Assembly (NCBI GenBank): GCA_002269645.1
Contig: NIVC01002718.1
Location: 1 to 64,000 of the forward strand
Direction of reading: 5' to 3'
Length of the DNA stretch: 64,000 nt
Source of the DNA: Macrostomum lignano
Taxonomy: Eukaryota
In this document: positions 12,701 to 36,800 of the stretch, piece by piece
Position numbering within the stretch: the stretch's first letter is position 1
How the letters are laid out: the number at the start of each line of letters is the position of its first letter
Position numbers and translations under genes: made by a program
The notes under the pieces: generated by a model
The model's database searches: none
What the model saw: only the letters and a program-made list of their open reading frames with translations
What the model was told of the DNA's origin: nothing

Positions 12701-15700
12701 ATTTTGCAATACCAGATCAGACAGTTATTATGCAGTGTCTATTTAAGCGAAGCTAGAGATGTGATAGCAGTGTCTATTAAGGGTAGCTATGAAAGGGGTA
12801 TTATGGTGACTTAAACAGCCCGATTGAGTTTCGTACTAACCGCGACAAACTCTGCTTAACTCTAACTCTAGGCAATCCGATGATGCGCATTTCAAACAAT
12901 ATAAGCAAAGCCAGAACTCACGCGACCACCCCCCCCCCCGCAGGCGCACATCGGCATACCCTATCACCCAGAACTCACGCGACCCCCCGCAGGCGCACAT
13001 CGGCATACCCTATCACGATCGCGAGTCAAACGACGCCATCATTTTTGGCGCTCTAGTCGCCTGGTTTCTCGGCGAGTTCCGCAGCCAGCTGGCCAACCTG
13101 GGCGATGACCCGGCCTCTGTGCCCATTACAGCTCACTTCCATGAATGGCTGACTGGAGTCGGCCTCATCTTGGCCAGGTGCCGCCGCCTGCCAGTGTCCA
13201 CCGTGTTCACCACGCACGCCACGCTACTTGGCCGCTACCTGTGCGCCGGTCACGTGGACTTCTATAACAATTTGGACAAATTCAATATCGACAAAGAGGC
13301 CGGGGACCGCAATATTTATCATCGATATTGCATCGAACGGGCGGCGGTGCACTGCAGCCACGTGTTCACCACCGTATCAGAGATCACTGGCCTGGAGAGC
13401 CAGTTTCTGTTGAAACGGGTTCCAGATGTTATCACGCCTAACGGTCTGAATGTGGTCAAGTTTGCCGCTCTGCACGAGTTCCAGGTGCGCGTCCGGTGTC
13501 TCAAAATTGTCCTCCAGCTGACCTTATAAGAATCGCCCTCCAGCTGACCTTATACGAATCGCCCCTTGAATTTATAAGAATCGCCCTTTGGATTTCTAAG
13601 AATCGCCCATTGACTTTATAAGAATCGCCCCTTGACTTTATAAGAATCGCCCCTTGACTTTATAAGAATCGCCCCTTGACTTTATAAGAATCGCCCCTGA
13701 CCTTATAAGAATCGCCCTCCAGCTGACCTTATAAGAATCGCCCTCCAGCTGACCTTATAAGAATCGCCCTTCAGCTGACCTTATAAGAATCGCCCCTCGA
13801 ATTTATAAGAATCGCCCCTTGAATTTATAAGAATCGCCCCTTGAATTTTTAAGAATCGTCCCTGACCTTATAAGAATCGCCCCTTGACTTAATAAGAATC
13901 GCCCTTTGTTTTATAAGAATCGCCCCTTGACTTTATAAGAATCGCCCCTTGACTTTATAAGAATCGCCCTTGGTTTTATAAGAATCGCCCTTGGTTTTAT
14001 AAGAATCGCCCTTGGTTTTATAAGAATCGCCCTTGACTTTATAAGAATCGCCCCTTGGTTTTATAAGAGTCGCCCTTGGTTTTTTAAAAATCGCCCTTGA
14101 CTTTATAAGAATCGCCATCCAGCTGACCTTCAAATAGCCCTGCCCCATACCCCAACCTTAACAGAACCGGCATGCGATGGCCAAGGAGAAGATCAACAGG
14201 TTTATCCAGGGCCACTTTCACGGCCACTACGATTTTGACATGGACAAAGTGCTCTACTTCTTCATCGCGGGCCGCTACGAGTACTCAAACAAGGGCGCCG
14301 ATGTGTTCATCGAGGCCCTGTCCCGGCTCAACTTCTATCTGAAGGAGATCAACAGCGCTGTCACCGTGGTTGCTTTCCTGATCTTCCCGGCGCGCACCGC
14401 CTCCTTCAATGTGGAATCTTTTCGTGGACAGGCCATTGTGAAAGGCATGCGCGACACTTGCAAACAGATTGAACAGGATATTGGCAATAGGATGTTCGAG
14501 CTGTGCCTGCAGGTGAGCAGCTGGCTGGAGTCTGTGTGAACTTTGCTGAACTTTTGCCATCACCCATCCTCCTCCGACGTGCCCTCAACACCCGCCCCGC
14601 ACCCACTATCCTCCCCCAGTATCCGCCTGCACCCACTATCCTCTCCCCAAAATCCGCCTGCACCCACTATCCTCCCCCAGTATCCGCCAGCACCCACTAT
14701 CCTCTCCCCAGTATCCACCTGCACCCACTATCCTCCCCCAGTATCCGCCTGCACCCACTATCCTCCCCCAGTATCCGCCTGCACCCACTATCCTCTCCCC
14801 AGTATCCGCCTGCACCCACTATCCTCTCCCCAAATTCCGCCTGCACCCACTATCCTCCCCCAGTATCCGCCTGCACCCACTATCCTCCCCCAGTATCCGC
14901 CTGCACCCACTATCCTCCCCCAGTATCCGCCCCGCACCCACTATCCTCCCCCAGTATCCGCCTGCACCCACTATCCTCTCCCCAGTATCCGCCTGCACCC
15001 ACTATCCTCTCCCCAGTATCCGCCTGCACCCACTATCCTCTCCCCAGTATCCGCCCCGCACCCACTATCCTCCCCCAGTATCCGCCCCGCACCCACTATC
15101 CTCTCCCCAGTATCCGCCTGCACCCACTATCCTCTCCCCAGTATCCGCCCCGCACCCACTATCCTCCCCCAGTATCCGCCTGCACCCACTATCCTCTCCC
15201 CAGTATCCGCCTGCACCCACTATCCTCTCCCCAGTATCCGCCCCGCACCCACTATCCTCCCCCAGTATCCGCCCCGCACCCACTATCCTCCCCCAGTATC
15301 CGCCCCCCACCCACTATCCTCCCCCAGTATCCGCCCCGGACCCACCATTTTCCCCCAATTTCCACCCCAAACCCACTATCCTGTCCCCAATATCCGCCCC
15401 CAAAATCCGCCCCAAACTCAAAAACCGCCCCGCGCTCACTTTCCTCCGTAAATATCCGCCCCAAGCCGCCCTACTGGCCGCTCTCCAGCCTCTCCCTAAT
15501 GAATACAATTACCACAAAACTGTCGCGTCCCGTGCAGGGCCGCATACCCGAAGGCAAGGACATTCTTCGCCAAGAGGACGTTGTCCAGTTGAAGCGCTGC
15601 GTCTATGGCACAAACCGCACCCACCTGCCGCCAATATGCACGCACAATGTCATAGACGACAGCAAGGACCCCGTGCTAGCCGACCTTCGCCGTTGCCAGC

Positions 15701-17212
15701 TATTCAACAATCGCTCCGACCGCGTCAAAGTGGTGTTCCATCCCGAGTTTCTGAACTCCAGCAATCCGCTGCTGCCCATGGACTACGAAGAGTTTGTGCG
15801 CGGCTGCCACCTGGGCGTGTTCCCGTCCTATTACGAGCCGTGGGGCTACACCCCGGCCGAGTGCACCGTGCTGGGCATTCCGTCTGTGTCCACCAACCTC
15901 AGCGGCTTCGGCTGCTTCATGGAGCAGCACATCGAGGATCCGGCCAGCTATGGCATCTACGTGGTTGACAGGCGCTACCGGTCCGGGGAGGAGTCTGTTA
16001 GTGCTGCATCATTTTTTTATGATGATGATTATCGTCAGTAGCTGGGTCTATCTATCCACGTGTCCACCTTCATGGTTATCTATGATATTCACCCCCATGA
16101 TAATCAGCCTCCATGATAATCACCACCATGATCATCACCCCCCATGATCATCACCCCCCATGATCATCACCCCCATGATAATCACCCCCCATGATCATCA
16201 CCCCCCATGATCATCACCCCATGATCATCACCCCCCATGATCATCACCCCCCATGATCATCACCCCATGATCATCACCCCCATGATCATCACCCCCATGA
16301 TCATCACCCCCATGATCATCACCCCCCATGATCATCACCCCCATGATCATCACCTCCATGATCATCACCCCATGATCATCACCCCCATGATCATCACCCC
16401 CCATGATCATCACCCCATAATCATCACCCCCATGATCATCACCCCCATGATCATCACCCCCATGATAATCACCCCCCATGATAATCACCACCATGATCAT
16501 CACCCCCATGATCATCACCCCCCATGATCATCACCCCATGATCATCACCCCCATGATCATCACCCCCATGATCATCACCCCCCATGATCATCACCCCATA
16601 ATCATCACCCCCATGATCATCACCCCCATGATAATCACCCCCATGATCATCACCCCCATGATCATCACCTCCATGAATCAAAATTCTCACTTTAATAAAT
16701 CATATTTCTGACTTCAATAAATCATATGACTCATGATAATCATATCTGCACACAATAATCCACCCCATCGCCGCTCCCATTCCGGTCCGCAGGTGCAGCA
16801 GCTCGCCCAGTTCATGTTCGACTTCACCCAGTTGAACCGGCGCCAGCGCATCATTTTGCGCAATCGGACCGAGCGGCTCAGCGAATTGCTCGACTGGAAA
16901 AATCTGGCCATCTATTATCGCAAAGCCAGACTGGCGGCCGTGTCCGCCACCCACCCGGCCCTGTTCAAGGACTCAGTCCGCGAGGTCGGCGGCGCCGGGG
17001 TCGGCACCGGCAAAGGCCCGTCGTCGATCATCCTGAGCCGGCCGCTGTCGGCCGTGGCCAGCCCGATGGGCAGCCGGGCCTCGACTCCGCATCACAGCAA
17101 TCCTGGCAGCGACGACGAGGGCGACACCGGCACCGGGGCTGGCGCGGTTAGCAGCGAAGACGAAGTCGACGAGGACGCCGAACGGGCCGAGCTGTCGTCC
17201 CGGTCCAACTGA
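796..17212 (+). CDS. GYS: Glycogen synthase, 6 exons: 796-961, 11399-11688, 12993-13484, 14165-14512, 15538-15996, 16793-17212 (2175 nt, 724 aa)
   Basis: Motifs [10 protein letters not shown]|[66 protein letters not shown] and [13 protein letters not shown] are all present. Every junction is GT-AG and the phases (1,0,0,0,0) keep one frame from ATG 796 to TGA 17210-17212. Confidence 0.95.
1120..1500 (-). pseudogene. Merlin/ISXO2-like (IS1595-related) transposase N-terminal fragment with premature stops
   Basis: Reads [10 protein letters not shown]...[27 protein letters not shown] and continues past a stop as DLVYHW...[19 protein letters not shown]. This matches the Zn-ribbon/HTH start of eukaryotic Merlin transposases as I recall it. 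No DDE core is present. Confidence 0.7.
1662..1938. mobile_element. 277-bp MITE with about 55-bp imperfect TIRs and a 10-bp TSD (Mutator-like)
   Basis: Left AATGGCTAAAGTTCCAGCACCAGAACC..TAATGGCTATAGAT is inverted at 1885-1936. TTTTAATTTT occurs at 1652-1661 and 1939-1948. Confidence 0.75.
1966..2467. mobile_element. 502-bp MITE with 16-bp TIRs and an 8-bp TSD (hAT- or Merlin-type)
   Basis: TIR CCACACTCTCGAATCT versus CCCCACTCCCGAATCT (2 mismatches). GGCTAGGC occurs at 1958-1965 and 2468-2475. A TACGCC motif is repeated internally. Confidence 0.75.
3175..3396. repeat. 24-bp minisatellite (GATAAGCCAAGGATTATTGCACTT), left part
   Basis: About 9 tandem copies. The same array resumes at 9237. Confidence 0.9.
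3495..3585 (+). pseudogene. 28S rRNA-derived fragment (H69-H71, R2/I-PpoI target region), copy 1
   Basis: GGTAAACGGCGGGAGTAACTATGACTCT...GTCATCTAATTAGTG..CAT.AAT.GA...AGATTCC matches the conserved LSU segment. The central TTAAGGTAGCC is degraded. Confidence 0.85.
5150..5640 (-). pseudogene. Gypsy integrase C-terminal (SH3-like/GPY) region with one frameshift
   Basis: [14 protein letters not shown]...LQVGDRVML...KHQPRF/-GPYRVI...VHVDRLKK...YNLRSR. There is a 1-nt frameshift near 5420. Confidence 0.8.
5842..6504 (-). CDS. Truncated envelope-like glycoprotein ORF (signal peptide plus Cys-spaced ectodomain, class III fusogen-like)
   Basis: N-terminal hydrophobic [14 protein letters not shown], then [26 protein letters not shown] and [13 protein letters not shown]. 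The spacing resembles rhabdovirus G as recalled. It lies inside the LTR element. Confidence 0.5.
   Translation of the reverse strand: MILMGLLIFAGSFCEIEAMHTQYVDSPKFCTDIRAPIAIRLPEQQDCKIPKEGQDGRIKLKLTLHHENAETHKSVMKICHREDYNFTAQLYKIAGKTVFVYLTVAIKLQTVTVEQCNSWNAGATTEDGTLEEDLKVDGCISRYSTKKWVRNDLDNLAKTGEKLEITVSTVLTNVPFYVSGNGMNSLYVPVDKCKYKESKCQRDEKAANFKIWPLECTLPE
7913..7926 (-). promoter_or_regulatory. Primer-binding site complementary to tRNA-Glu
   Basis: TGGTTCCCTGACCG starts 1 nt after the LTR end TGTTACA. It is complementary to the metazoan tRNA-Glu(CTC) 3' end ...CGGTCAGGGAACCA. Confidence 0.85.
9237..9730. repeat. 24-bp minisatellite, right part (degenerates towards about 9900)
   Basis: About 20 copies of the same unit, in the same orientation as 3175-3396. 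Confidence 0.9.
11327..11375 (+). pseudogene. 28S rRNA-derived fragment, copy 2, just upstream of the GYS exon 2 acceptor
   Basis: GTAAATGGCGGGAGTATCTATA...GTGCCTCGTCATCTAAATAG, with the central target site deleted. Confidence 0.7.
12071..12133 (+). pseudogene. 28S rRNA-derived fragment, copy 3, in GYS intron 2
   Basis: GGGTAAATGGCAGGAGTAACTATAACT...TTAAGGGTAAAAGCCTCGTCATCTAATTAG. Confidence 0.75.
12911..13016 (+). repeat. Two-copy tandem duplication (57 + 49 bp) spanning the GYS intron 2/exon 3 acceptor
   Basis: CCAGAACTCACGCGACC(C)nGCAG|GCGCACATCGGCATACCCTATCAC occurs twice, with AG at 12942-43 and 12991-92. Confidence 0.9.
13510..14130. repeat. 22-23-bp minisatellite (GACTTTATAAGAATCGCCCCTT), GYS intron 3
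   Basis: About 27 tandem copies. Confidence 0.95.
14590..15345. repeat. 25-26-bp C-rich minisatellite (CCAGTATCCGCCTGCACCCACTATCCTC), GYS intron 4
   Basis: About 29 tandem copies. Confidence 0.95.
16090..16675. repeat. 15-16-bp minisatellite (CATGATCATCACCCCC), GYS intron 5
   Basis: About 38 tandem copies. Confidence 0.95.
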
Positions 17213-17324
17213 GCTGAGCTGAGCGGCGAGCAGGACTTCTGTGGAGCACTCAAAGAGAGAGGGCGGTTTTTTATAAATCATGGATCTTTTTGTATTGGCT
17301 TGGTTTGAAATTTGCAACGGGACC

Positions 17325-17770
17325 TTAGAGACGCTTAGCAACGGAAGTTTTACCTTAGAGACGCTTAGCAACGGAAGTTTTACCTTAGATACGCTTAGCA
17401 ACGGGAGGTTTTACCTTGGATACGCTTAGCAACGCAAAGTTTTACCTTGGATACGCTTAGCAACGGGAAGTTTTACCTTAGATACGCTTAGCAACGGGAG
17501 GTTTTACCTTGGATACGCTTAGCAACGGAAAGTTTTACCTTGGATACGCTTAGCAACGCAAAGTTTTACCTTGGATACGCTTAGCAACGGGAAGTTTTAC
17601 CTTAGAGACGCTTAGCAAAGAAAGTTTTACCTTAGATATGCTTAGCAACGGAAAGTTTTACCTTGGATACGCTTAGCAACGGAAAGTCTTACCTTGGATA
17701 CGCTTAGCAACGGGAAGTTTTACGTGTACGCTTAGAAACACGATTGTTTACTTTGGATACACATAGCAAT
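17325..17770. repeat. 31-32-bp minisatellite (GATACGCTTAGCAACGGAAGTTTTACCTTA) downstream of the GYS stop
   Basis: About 14 copies, possibly within the 3' UTR. Confidence 0.9.
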
Positions 17771-18783
17771 GGTTTCTTGTTTCGGTTAAATGTTTGTGCT
17801 AACATCACTGATTCGGCATTGGCTAAATATTTGTGGCTGGAATGTTTTGCTCACGTGTTGTTTATTTAGTTCTATTTTTAAATTTGCGAACCAACTGGCA
17901 TTAGCGCTGTTTAGTTAGTTGACAATTGACAGTTGGCGCCTACCGATTTAGTTAAGATCTATTGACTCTTTCTAGTTTTACAATTCCGCCAACAAAATAG
18001 ATGATGCACTTTAGTTTAGTGAATCTTTCTTTCTATTGTTTTTTCTTTAGATTTTCTATAGATCTTAATCAATTATAGTTGAAGCCTGCCCGCGCATAAC
18101 TGTCAAACTTTGATTGCTCTTTAAACGCTCCCCCCCATTCTTTACTAACAGGATTTTTGCTACCAAAAGTATGATCCCTCTTTATCATTATTTTCGCTCG
18201 ACCGTTGAGAAATGCTAGATAGACTTATTATTATTGAAATTTCTAATGCCTGTTTGCTGACGCACTACTTGCCACTTCGTTTTTTGTTAGTAGTGTGTTT
18301 GCGCATAAGTTGATAAATTTATCTGTTTTGCAGTGCAGGCCGAGTGTTTCTGGCGCGAAGTTGGCTTTTTTTATCTTTTATTCTGTTGATAGATTGATAG
18401 TTTTGCTTGATTGATTGATAATTTGAATTTTTCAGAGTGTACGCCATTAACCCATTAATAAGTCATTCATTTAGCGCACTTTTCCCTATTCATTAGCTTT
18501 GTACCAAATTGAGTCTGCAGTGTGCGTTCTGCAGTGTCACCCCGGCTCTCCCCCCCCCCCGCTTGCTAGCTGTAGCTCTTATTTGGAATGATATTGTTTG
18601 GTCTGAATAAAATAAAAATATAATAATCTTTCTTTGTAGCCAGCGGCGCGGTCCTTAGTTCGATTTGATTGATTGCGTTCGTAGATTTTCTTATACCGAC
18701 CTCTGATCGCTGTTAGAATTTGATTGAGTATTCAATTTGCTGCTGCCTTTGCTGCGTTGGTCATTTACTCTCAAATTATCCGC

Positions 18784-18827
18784 TGTCTGTGTGTCTGTGT
18801 GCGTGTCTGTGTGTCTGTGTGTGTGTC

Positions 18828-18858
<31 letters not shown>

Positions 18859-18867
18859 CTGTCTGTG

Positions 18868-18900
<33 letters not shown>
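18784..18900. repeat. (GT)n/(GTCT)n microsatellite
   Basis: Read directly. Confidence 0.95.
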
Positions 18901-20338
18901 GCAGGGTGCTCATGCTCTGTACGGTAAAAACCTTGAACACCTGGAATTTATTAAAACTCAATATTTGCGAAATACAGTATAAGAGCTAGAGCTATCCCAA
19001 CGATGCCAAAGCAAGGTTACAGAGAAAAAGAAGCTTCGGACAAAGGCTGGAAGAGGAGTTTTGAGAATGAGAACTTGTCAGAGTCAAAGGCTGGAAGAGG
19101 AATTTTGAGAATGAGAACTTGTCAGAGTCAAAGGCTGTCATATTGTTGCGCTGTTTGAAATTTTGAATTGCCGTGTGGTCCATTATTGACTTCTTTATAT
19201 TGAAACAATAGATGGACGATCAACGCTTCCATTTTATTTGTGCCAGTAAAAATGATCGGAGTCGCATTGTAGCTGCATGCAATGCCATGATAACGCGAAT
19301 TCAATTTAAAAATACTCTTGAACGGAAAAACAATACAGGCGCTGCCAGATCGCTCTCGAGTCTGCAGTCACGAGCGGCTGTCAGGCATATAATATCGATC
19401 TGACAGCAACTGCATGATCCCCTGCGAGTTGCGCCACTCCACCGCCTGTTTCTGTAGCTATCTCTCTATTCTTTCCCCACTCTCTATCTGCTAAGCCGAT
19501 CGGGGCGCTACAATTCACCTGTCATGCAGGCAGCTTGTGCAGTTCAACTTCCAACAAATTTCCAATTCTTTTTTGCCCGCCCTCCCCCTGCCAGCTCCAA
19601 GTTAATCCCTTAGAACTGCTTCGGGACTTGTTGGTTAGTGTTCTCCTCAACTCCAGCCCAGCCCGCTTCCCCAGGCCCTGCACTGCCTCCCTGTGTTCAG
19701 GACGGAACTGAGTTTCTCTACCCTGCCCTCTCAGTCCGGGGCAAGGAGTGCCAGAGCCAGAGGGCTGGGCTGGCAACTCAAGACACCTGAAGCCAGGCGT
19801 CGTGTTTTTACTCTCTATGTGTATTTTCGTGAAACTGGGAATCGGTGTCAAAACAACCTTGCGACGCTTATAGTTTGGAAGATTTCAATTTTTTGTGTGT
19901 AAACTGATAGACAGCATTTAAACTGACTGGAAGAGAAGTCACTCCAGACTCCTGCCCTGGTTCTAAGACTCCTTGGCTCAGCCGCTTGTGCCGCCAGCTC
20001 AATTCTCTTCCCATTTCCTCGCGTCCCAGCCAGCCAGCCAGTCAGCTCTCAACTTGTTGCAAGCGGCGCCTCAAGCGGCGGGACGGACAGACCTCAGAGG
20101 CCGAACTTGCCTTGCCCAGCAGGAGCCACAAAGACTGCACGGGCCTTCCAATTCCCTCAACACGACGCTGTCATTGGCTGGCTCTGGTTTCTGGAGGCAG
20201 CGCATCCGGGATAAAGCAGCGGCGCGGCGGCCTCTCGCTTCTCTAACTTCGCAACTTTCTCTGCCCCGCTAATCCGTAAGCTAAGGGGTTGAGCGCAAAA
20301 CTCCGGAAGGCACCGTGCTTGAGAACCGACTCCCCAGC

Positions 20339-31795
<11,457 letters not shown>

Positions 31796-33159
31796 CCTGC
31801 TCCAGCAGTTGCCAGATCAAAAGAATCTGGATAGCAACATATTTGAGCTAACTGGCTGCTCAATCCAGCGACTGTAACTCTGACTCTGACGGGAGGGAGA
31901 AAGCCATCTGTGCACTCAAAATTTAGCTGTAAAAATCGTCCAAAAGCCAAAACAGTGCGCATCGTTTCATCAAGTGTCATTTCCGTTTTTTTGCTGTCTT
32001 CGAATCATCAAATGCCTAAGCATATTCCAATTGAGATTGAGCACTGAGACATTTTTAACTGGCTTGATTTCCGCTCCTTTCGCTGCTTTAAACGCTTCAA
32101 AAAAGTCTCCAGAATCCCCGATGCAGTAGTAATTGCCTGACAGTCTGCCTGTACTGCTGTCTTTTGATCAGAACCACAGATACTAATAAAATAACTAGAT
32201 GGGCAACTCAGGCATGTATACTTAGTAAAACAGCTTTCTACTTCTGTTCAGTAGCAAAGAAGAATACATAAGCTATTTTATAAAAATCAAGGCAGCTGAA
32301 ATGACTTTGATAAGTTTAGAAGCCCAAACAAACTTGCAGGCGTAAACAACTTGCTAATTGGTTCAGCAATAATGTACATTAGCCAGTCCACTCAAATGTA
32401 CATGTCAGCTTTAGGCTGGAATTCCGAGAGAGGGAGGCAATAAAAATTGGGGCGGGGCGGGGGGTAGTGTGGAGAGGCGCGGTTGGAGGGTTTAAGCTGG
32501 AGGGTAATAAAATGAATGGGGTAATAAAACAGCCAATGAATGAGCCTTGGCTTTAAAAATACAGTAAAATGCTTCTGTTTAACTTACTATTGAACTGAAA
32601 GTAGCTTACACGCAAATGTGCTGAGTGGCCTATCTGGCTGTTCTAGTATCTGTGATCAGAACAAAAAATCCATAAATAAATAAATAAACTAAATAATTCT
32701 GGTCGTGCTGTGAGGCCTTTGCATAGCGCTGTGGGCCTGAAAAGAAAGTCTTTGACTTAGTTTTAATATCCTGGGTCTGGATCGCTTGAAAGCAACAAAG
32801 CAATTTTAATGTGTGCCTATTTATTTGCGAATATAATTGCACTTGTTTGACAGAATTACTTGAAATTCTTGTTAAATATAAAATTTTAATATTTCTACTG
32901 CAAGTAGTGAGTGAGATGAGTAGAAATAAACAATTTAAGTGCCTGTAGGATAACTGGATAAGTCTGTTGTCAATTCAAGCAAAGATTTGGCATGCAAAAG
33001 CGACTGGTGGATCTTTATGGTCTGTTATTAAAATATAATTTAATTAGAGAATTGTAGTAAGATTCTACCTTAAAATAAAGACACTTGGCTGAGATCATAT
33101 CTCCCATTCCAATCTCATAGGTGAGGTGTAACATCGTATATTTGATATAGGAGCCTTAT

Positions 33160-33770
33160 AGTTGAGATTATACCTCAGAATGGTGTCTCATAGGTGAGAT
33201 TCTACCTCAGAATGGGGTCTCATGGGAAAGATTGTACCTCAGATAGGATTCTAATGGGTGAGATTCTACCTCAGCTTGGAGTCTCAGGGGTGAGATTCTA
33301 CCTCAGCTTGGTGCTCGTGGGTGAGATTCAACCTCAGAATGGGATCTCATGGGTGAGATTCTACCTCAGAATGGGGTCTCATAGGTGAGATTCTACCTCA
33401 GATTGGGGCTCGTGGGTGAGATTCAACCTCAGAATTGGGTCTCATGGGTGAGATTCTACCTCAGAATGGTGTCTCATAGTTGAGATTCTACCTCAGAATG
33501 GGGTCTCATGGGTGAGATTCTACCTCAGATTGGGGCTCGTGGGTGAGATTCAACCTCAGCTTGGAGTCTCATCGGTGAGATTCTAATACAGATAGGAGTC
33601 TCATAGGTGAGATTCTACCTTAGAATGGGGTCTCATGGGTGAGATTATACCTCAGATTGGAGTCTCATGGGTGAGATTCTACCCCAGAATGGGGTCTCAT
33701 GGGTGAGATTCTACCCCAGAATGAAGACCTATGAGATTCGAACCTCAGGATGAAGTCATAAAGTTGAGAT
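33160..33770. repeat. 32-bp minisatellite (GGTGAGATTCTACCTCAGAATGGGGTCTCAT)
   Basis: About 19 copies between the convergent TIA1 and F-box genes. Confidence 0.9.
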
Positions 33771-33863
33771 TCTATTGTACCGTATAACAGGTTTAGATTT
33801 CACAACATAAGCGCTATTTAACCTTAAAACTTAAGTCCTTCTAGTGTTATTATCTGCGGGGCA

Positions 33864-36800
33864 TCAGTTGAACAGCAGGTTTCTGTAGCAGCTGAGCAGC
33901 TCCGTAATGCTCGTGGCGTAGCGGCTAAACGTCCGCACCACCCTATAGCGGTGCGCCCGTTCGAAGTTCGAATTGGCCATTTCATAGTACTCGCAGTCGG
34001 CCAGAGTCAGCGACTTAAGCAGCGGGCATTTGCTTCTGGAATTTAGAGAGAGAGAGACCTTGGCCTTGAAGTGAGAAAGCGTCGGTGGGGGAATCCCGCC
34101 TTCTTTGACTTTGAACGGGTCGGTGAGGGAATCCCACCTTCTTTGACCTTGAACGGGTCAGTGAGGGAATCCTGCCTTCTCTGACCTTGAAGTTAGGGGT
34201 TGGTGGGGGAATCCCGCCTTCTTTGACCTTGAACGGGTCGGTGGGGAAATCCCGCCTTCTTTGACCTTGAACGGAACAGTAGAGAATCTCTCCATGACCT
34301 TAAACGGGTCGGTGGAGGAATATCGCCTTCTTTGACCTTGAACGGGTCGGTGTGGAATCCCTTTTTATGACCTTGAATGGGTCGTTGGGATACCCACCCT
34401 GACTTTTAGGATGATGACTCACCGAATATCGTCGATAAACTTTCCGCTCTTATGGCTGAATCTAATCGTTGTCACGTCCCATTGGATCTCGAGCCTCTCG
34501 AGCTTCTGGCAGTTGCTAGCAAAGGCGTTAATGACCTGGTCAATGTGCACCTTCGTGTTGAGCTCAAAGTACCAGCCGTCGCGCTGGCCTAAAGTGCAGA
34601 TTCTGCGGGTAGAGGCAGATGCTGAAAATTTTGCGACTTAATTGTATTGAACGATACCATTACGGACTTCAAGAGCGATCTTAAGGGCTGAGAGGCGATT
34701 CTCAGGGGCGAAGAGGCGATTCTCAGGGGCGGAGAGGCGATTCTCAGGTGCGGAGAGTTAGGAGTCTCACTGCAGGTTTCTCAGCAGCGGTATGTTGGCC
34801 GTCCAGAAGAACTCATTGAGCAGCGGCTTGCCGTGCAGCATGAGGCCGCTGAGCTGCGGGCCGCACCTGCGGAGGAATCTCCCGATGGCTGCCTCGCTCA
34901 GGCTGGCCGTGTAGCTGATGTCTATGGCCCGGAGCTCGCGGAAACTGCCCTTCTGCATCAGCCGGTCCAGAATCTGATTGTTGCCAAGAGGAGAATGGTT
35001 GGGGTTATTGGTCAGTCATGATGTATGAATCATGAGCAATTCATGAGCGATTTACGAGCGATTCAGGAGTGATTCAGGAGTGATTCATGAGTGATGCATG
35101 AGTGATGGATGAGTGATGGATGAGTGATGGATGAGTGATGGATGAGTGATGGATGAGTGATGGATGAGTGATGGATGAGTGATTCATGACTGATTCATGA
35201 GTGATTCATGAGTGATTCACGGGTGATTCATGAGTGATTCATGAGTGATTCATGACTGATTCATGAGTGATTCACGGGTGATTCATGAGTGATTCAAGAG
35301 TGATTCACGGGTGATTCATGAGTGATTCATGAGTGATTCATGATTGATTCATGAGTGATTCATGAGTGATTCATGAGTGATTCATGATTAGAATTTCTAA
35401 TCGTTAGGCATGTACACTTCACTGTGCCTTAGGGGTTGGCCCTCAATTGCGTTAATTTCTCGAGCAGAGCCAAGCCGGGATTCCAATTTAGCCCCAAAAT
35501 AAATGTGACTGCACTTGGATCGAGCCTGGGCCGCAGGCACATAAGCTGCTACTACTTCGATATTGGCTGAAGTTGGAGTCATGATACCCATAGCCGGTAG
35601 AACAGCTGACCGGGTCAGTGAAGAAGTCGCAATAGCCGACTGCGAGGTACTGGAAGCTGACAATTCTTCCCAGCACATTGTCCAGGCAAGCCGATGATAG
35701 CTCCGTTGAGGTGATGTCCAGCTCAGTGACGTGGGTGGCGGCCCATTCAACCGCCATCATGTGCTCGTCTTTCAGGTCTGGCAAAGAGCAATTGGCAAGT
35801 TTGCACTGGTTTAGTGAGTAGCCTCGATATTGCTTTTAAACTGGTTGTATATGCCTTTTAATGCCTTTTATGTGGGCGATTCTCAATGCTAGTTTAGGGC
35901 GATTCTCACCGCTAGTTTAGGGCGATTCTCACCGCTAGTTTAGGGCGATTCTCACCGCTAGTTTAGGGCGATTCTCACCGCTAGTTTAGGGCGATTCTCA
36001 CCGCTAGTTTAGGGCGATTCTCACCGCTAGTTTAGGGCGATTCTCACTGCTAGTTTAGGGCGATTCTCACCGCTAGTTTAGGGCGATTCTCACTGCTAGT
36101 TTAGGGCAATTCTCAATGCTAGTTTAGGGCGATTCTTGCCGCTAGTTTAGGGCGATTCTCACTGCTAGTTTAGGGCGATTCTCACCGCTAGTTTAGGGCG
36201 ATTCTCACTGCTAGTTTAGGGCGATTCTCACTGCTAGTTTAGGGCAATTCTCAATGCTAGTTTAGGGCGATTCTTGCCGCTAGTTTAGGGCGATTCTCAC
36301 TGCTAGTTTAGGGCGATTCTCACTGCTAGTTTAGGGCGATTCTGATTTATGGATGTTTGCTCGTTTCTAGTTGAAGGGTAATTTAGATAAAGGGGTTCCT
36401 ACTTGTTTCTACCTGTGGTTCAGTAGGGGGGGGGCTATTTCCAACAGTGGATCAGTGGGGATTCCCAACAGTGGATCAGGGGGATTCCCAACAGTGGATC
36501 AGGGGGGATTCCCAACAGTGGATCAGAGGGGGGGGCGATTCCCAACAGTGGATCAGGGGGGGGAGGCGATTCCCAACAGTGGATCAGGGGGGGGGCGATT
36601 CCCAACAGTGGATCAGGGGGGGGCGATTCCCAACAGTGGATCAGGGGGGGGGAGGCGATTCCCAACAGTGGATCAGGGGGGGGGCGATTCCCAACAGTGG
36701 ATCAGGGGGGGGCGATTCCCAACAATGGATCAGGGGGGAGGCGATTCCCAACAGTGGATCAGGGGGGGGGCGATTCCCAACAGTGGATCAGAGGGGGGGG

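Noticed and set aside
14503-15537. Pro-rich first 345 aa of the 512-aa ORF
   Set aside because: Read-through of the intron 4 minisatellite; only 15538-15996 is GYS exon.
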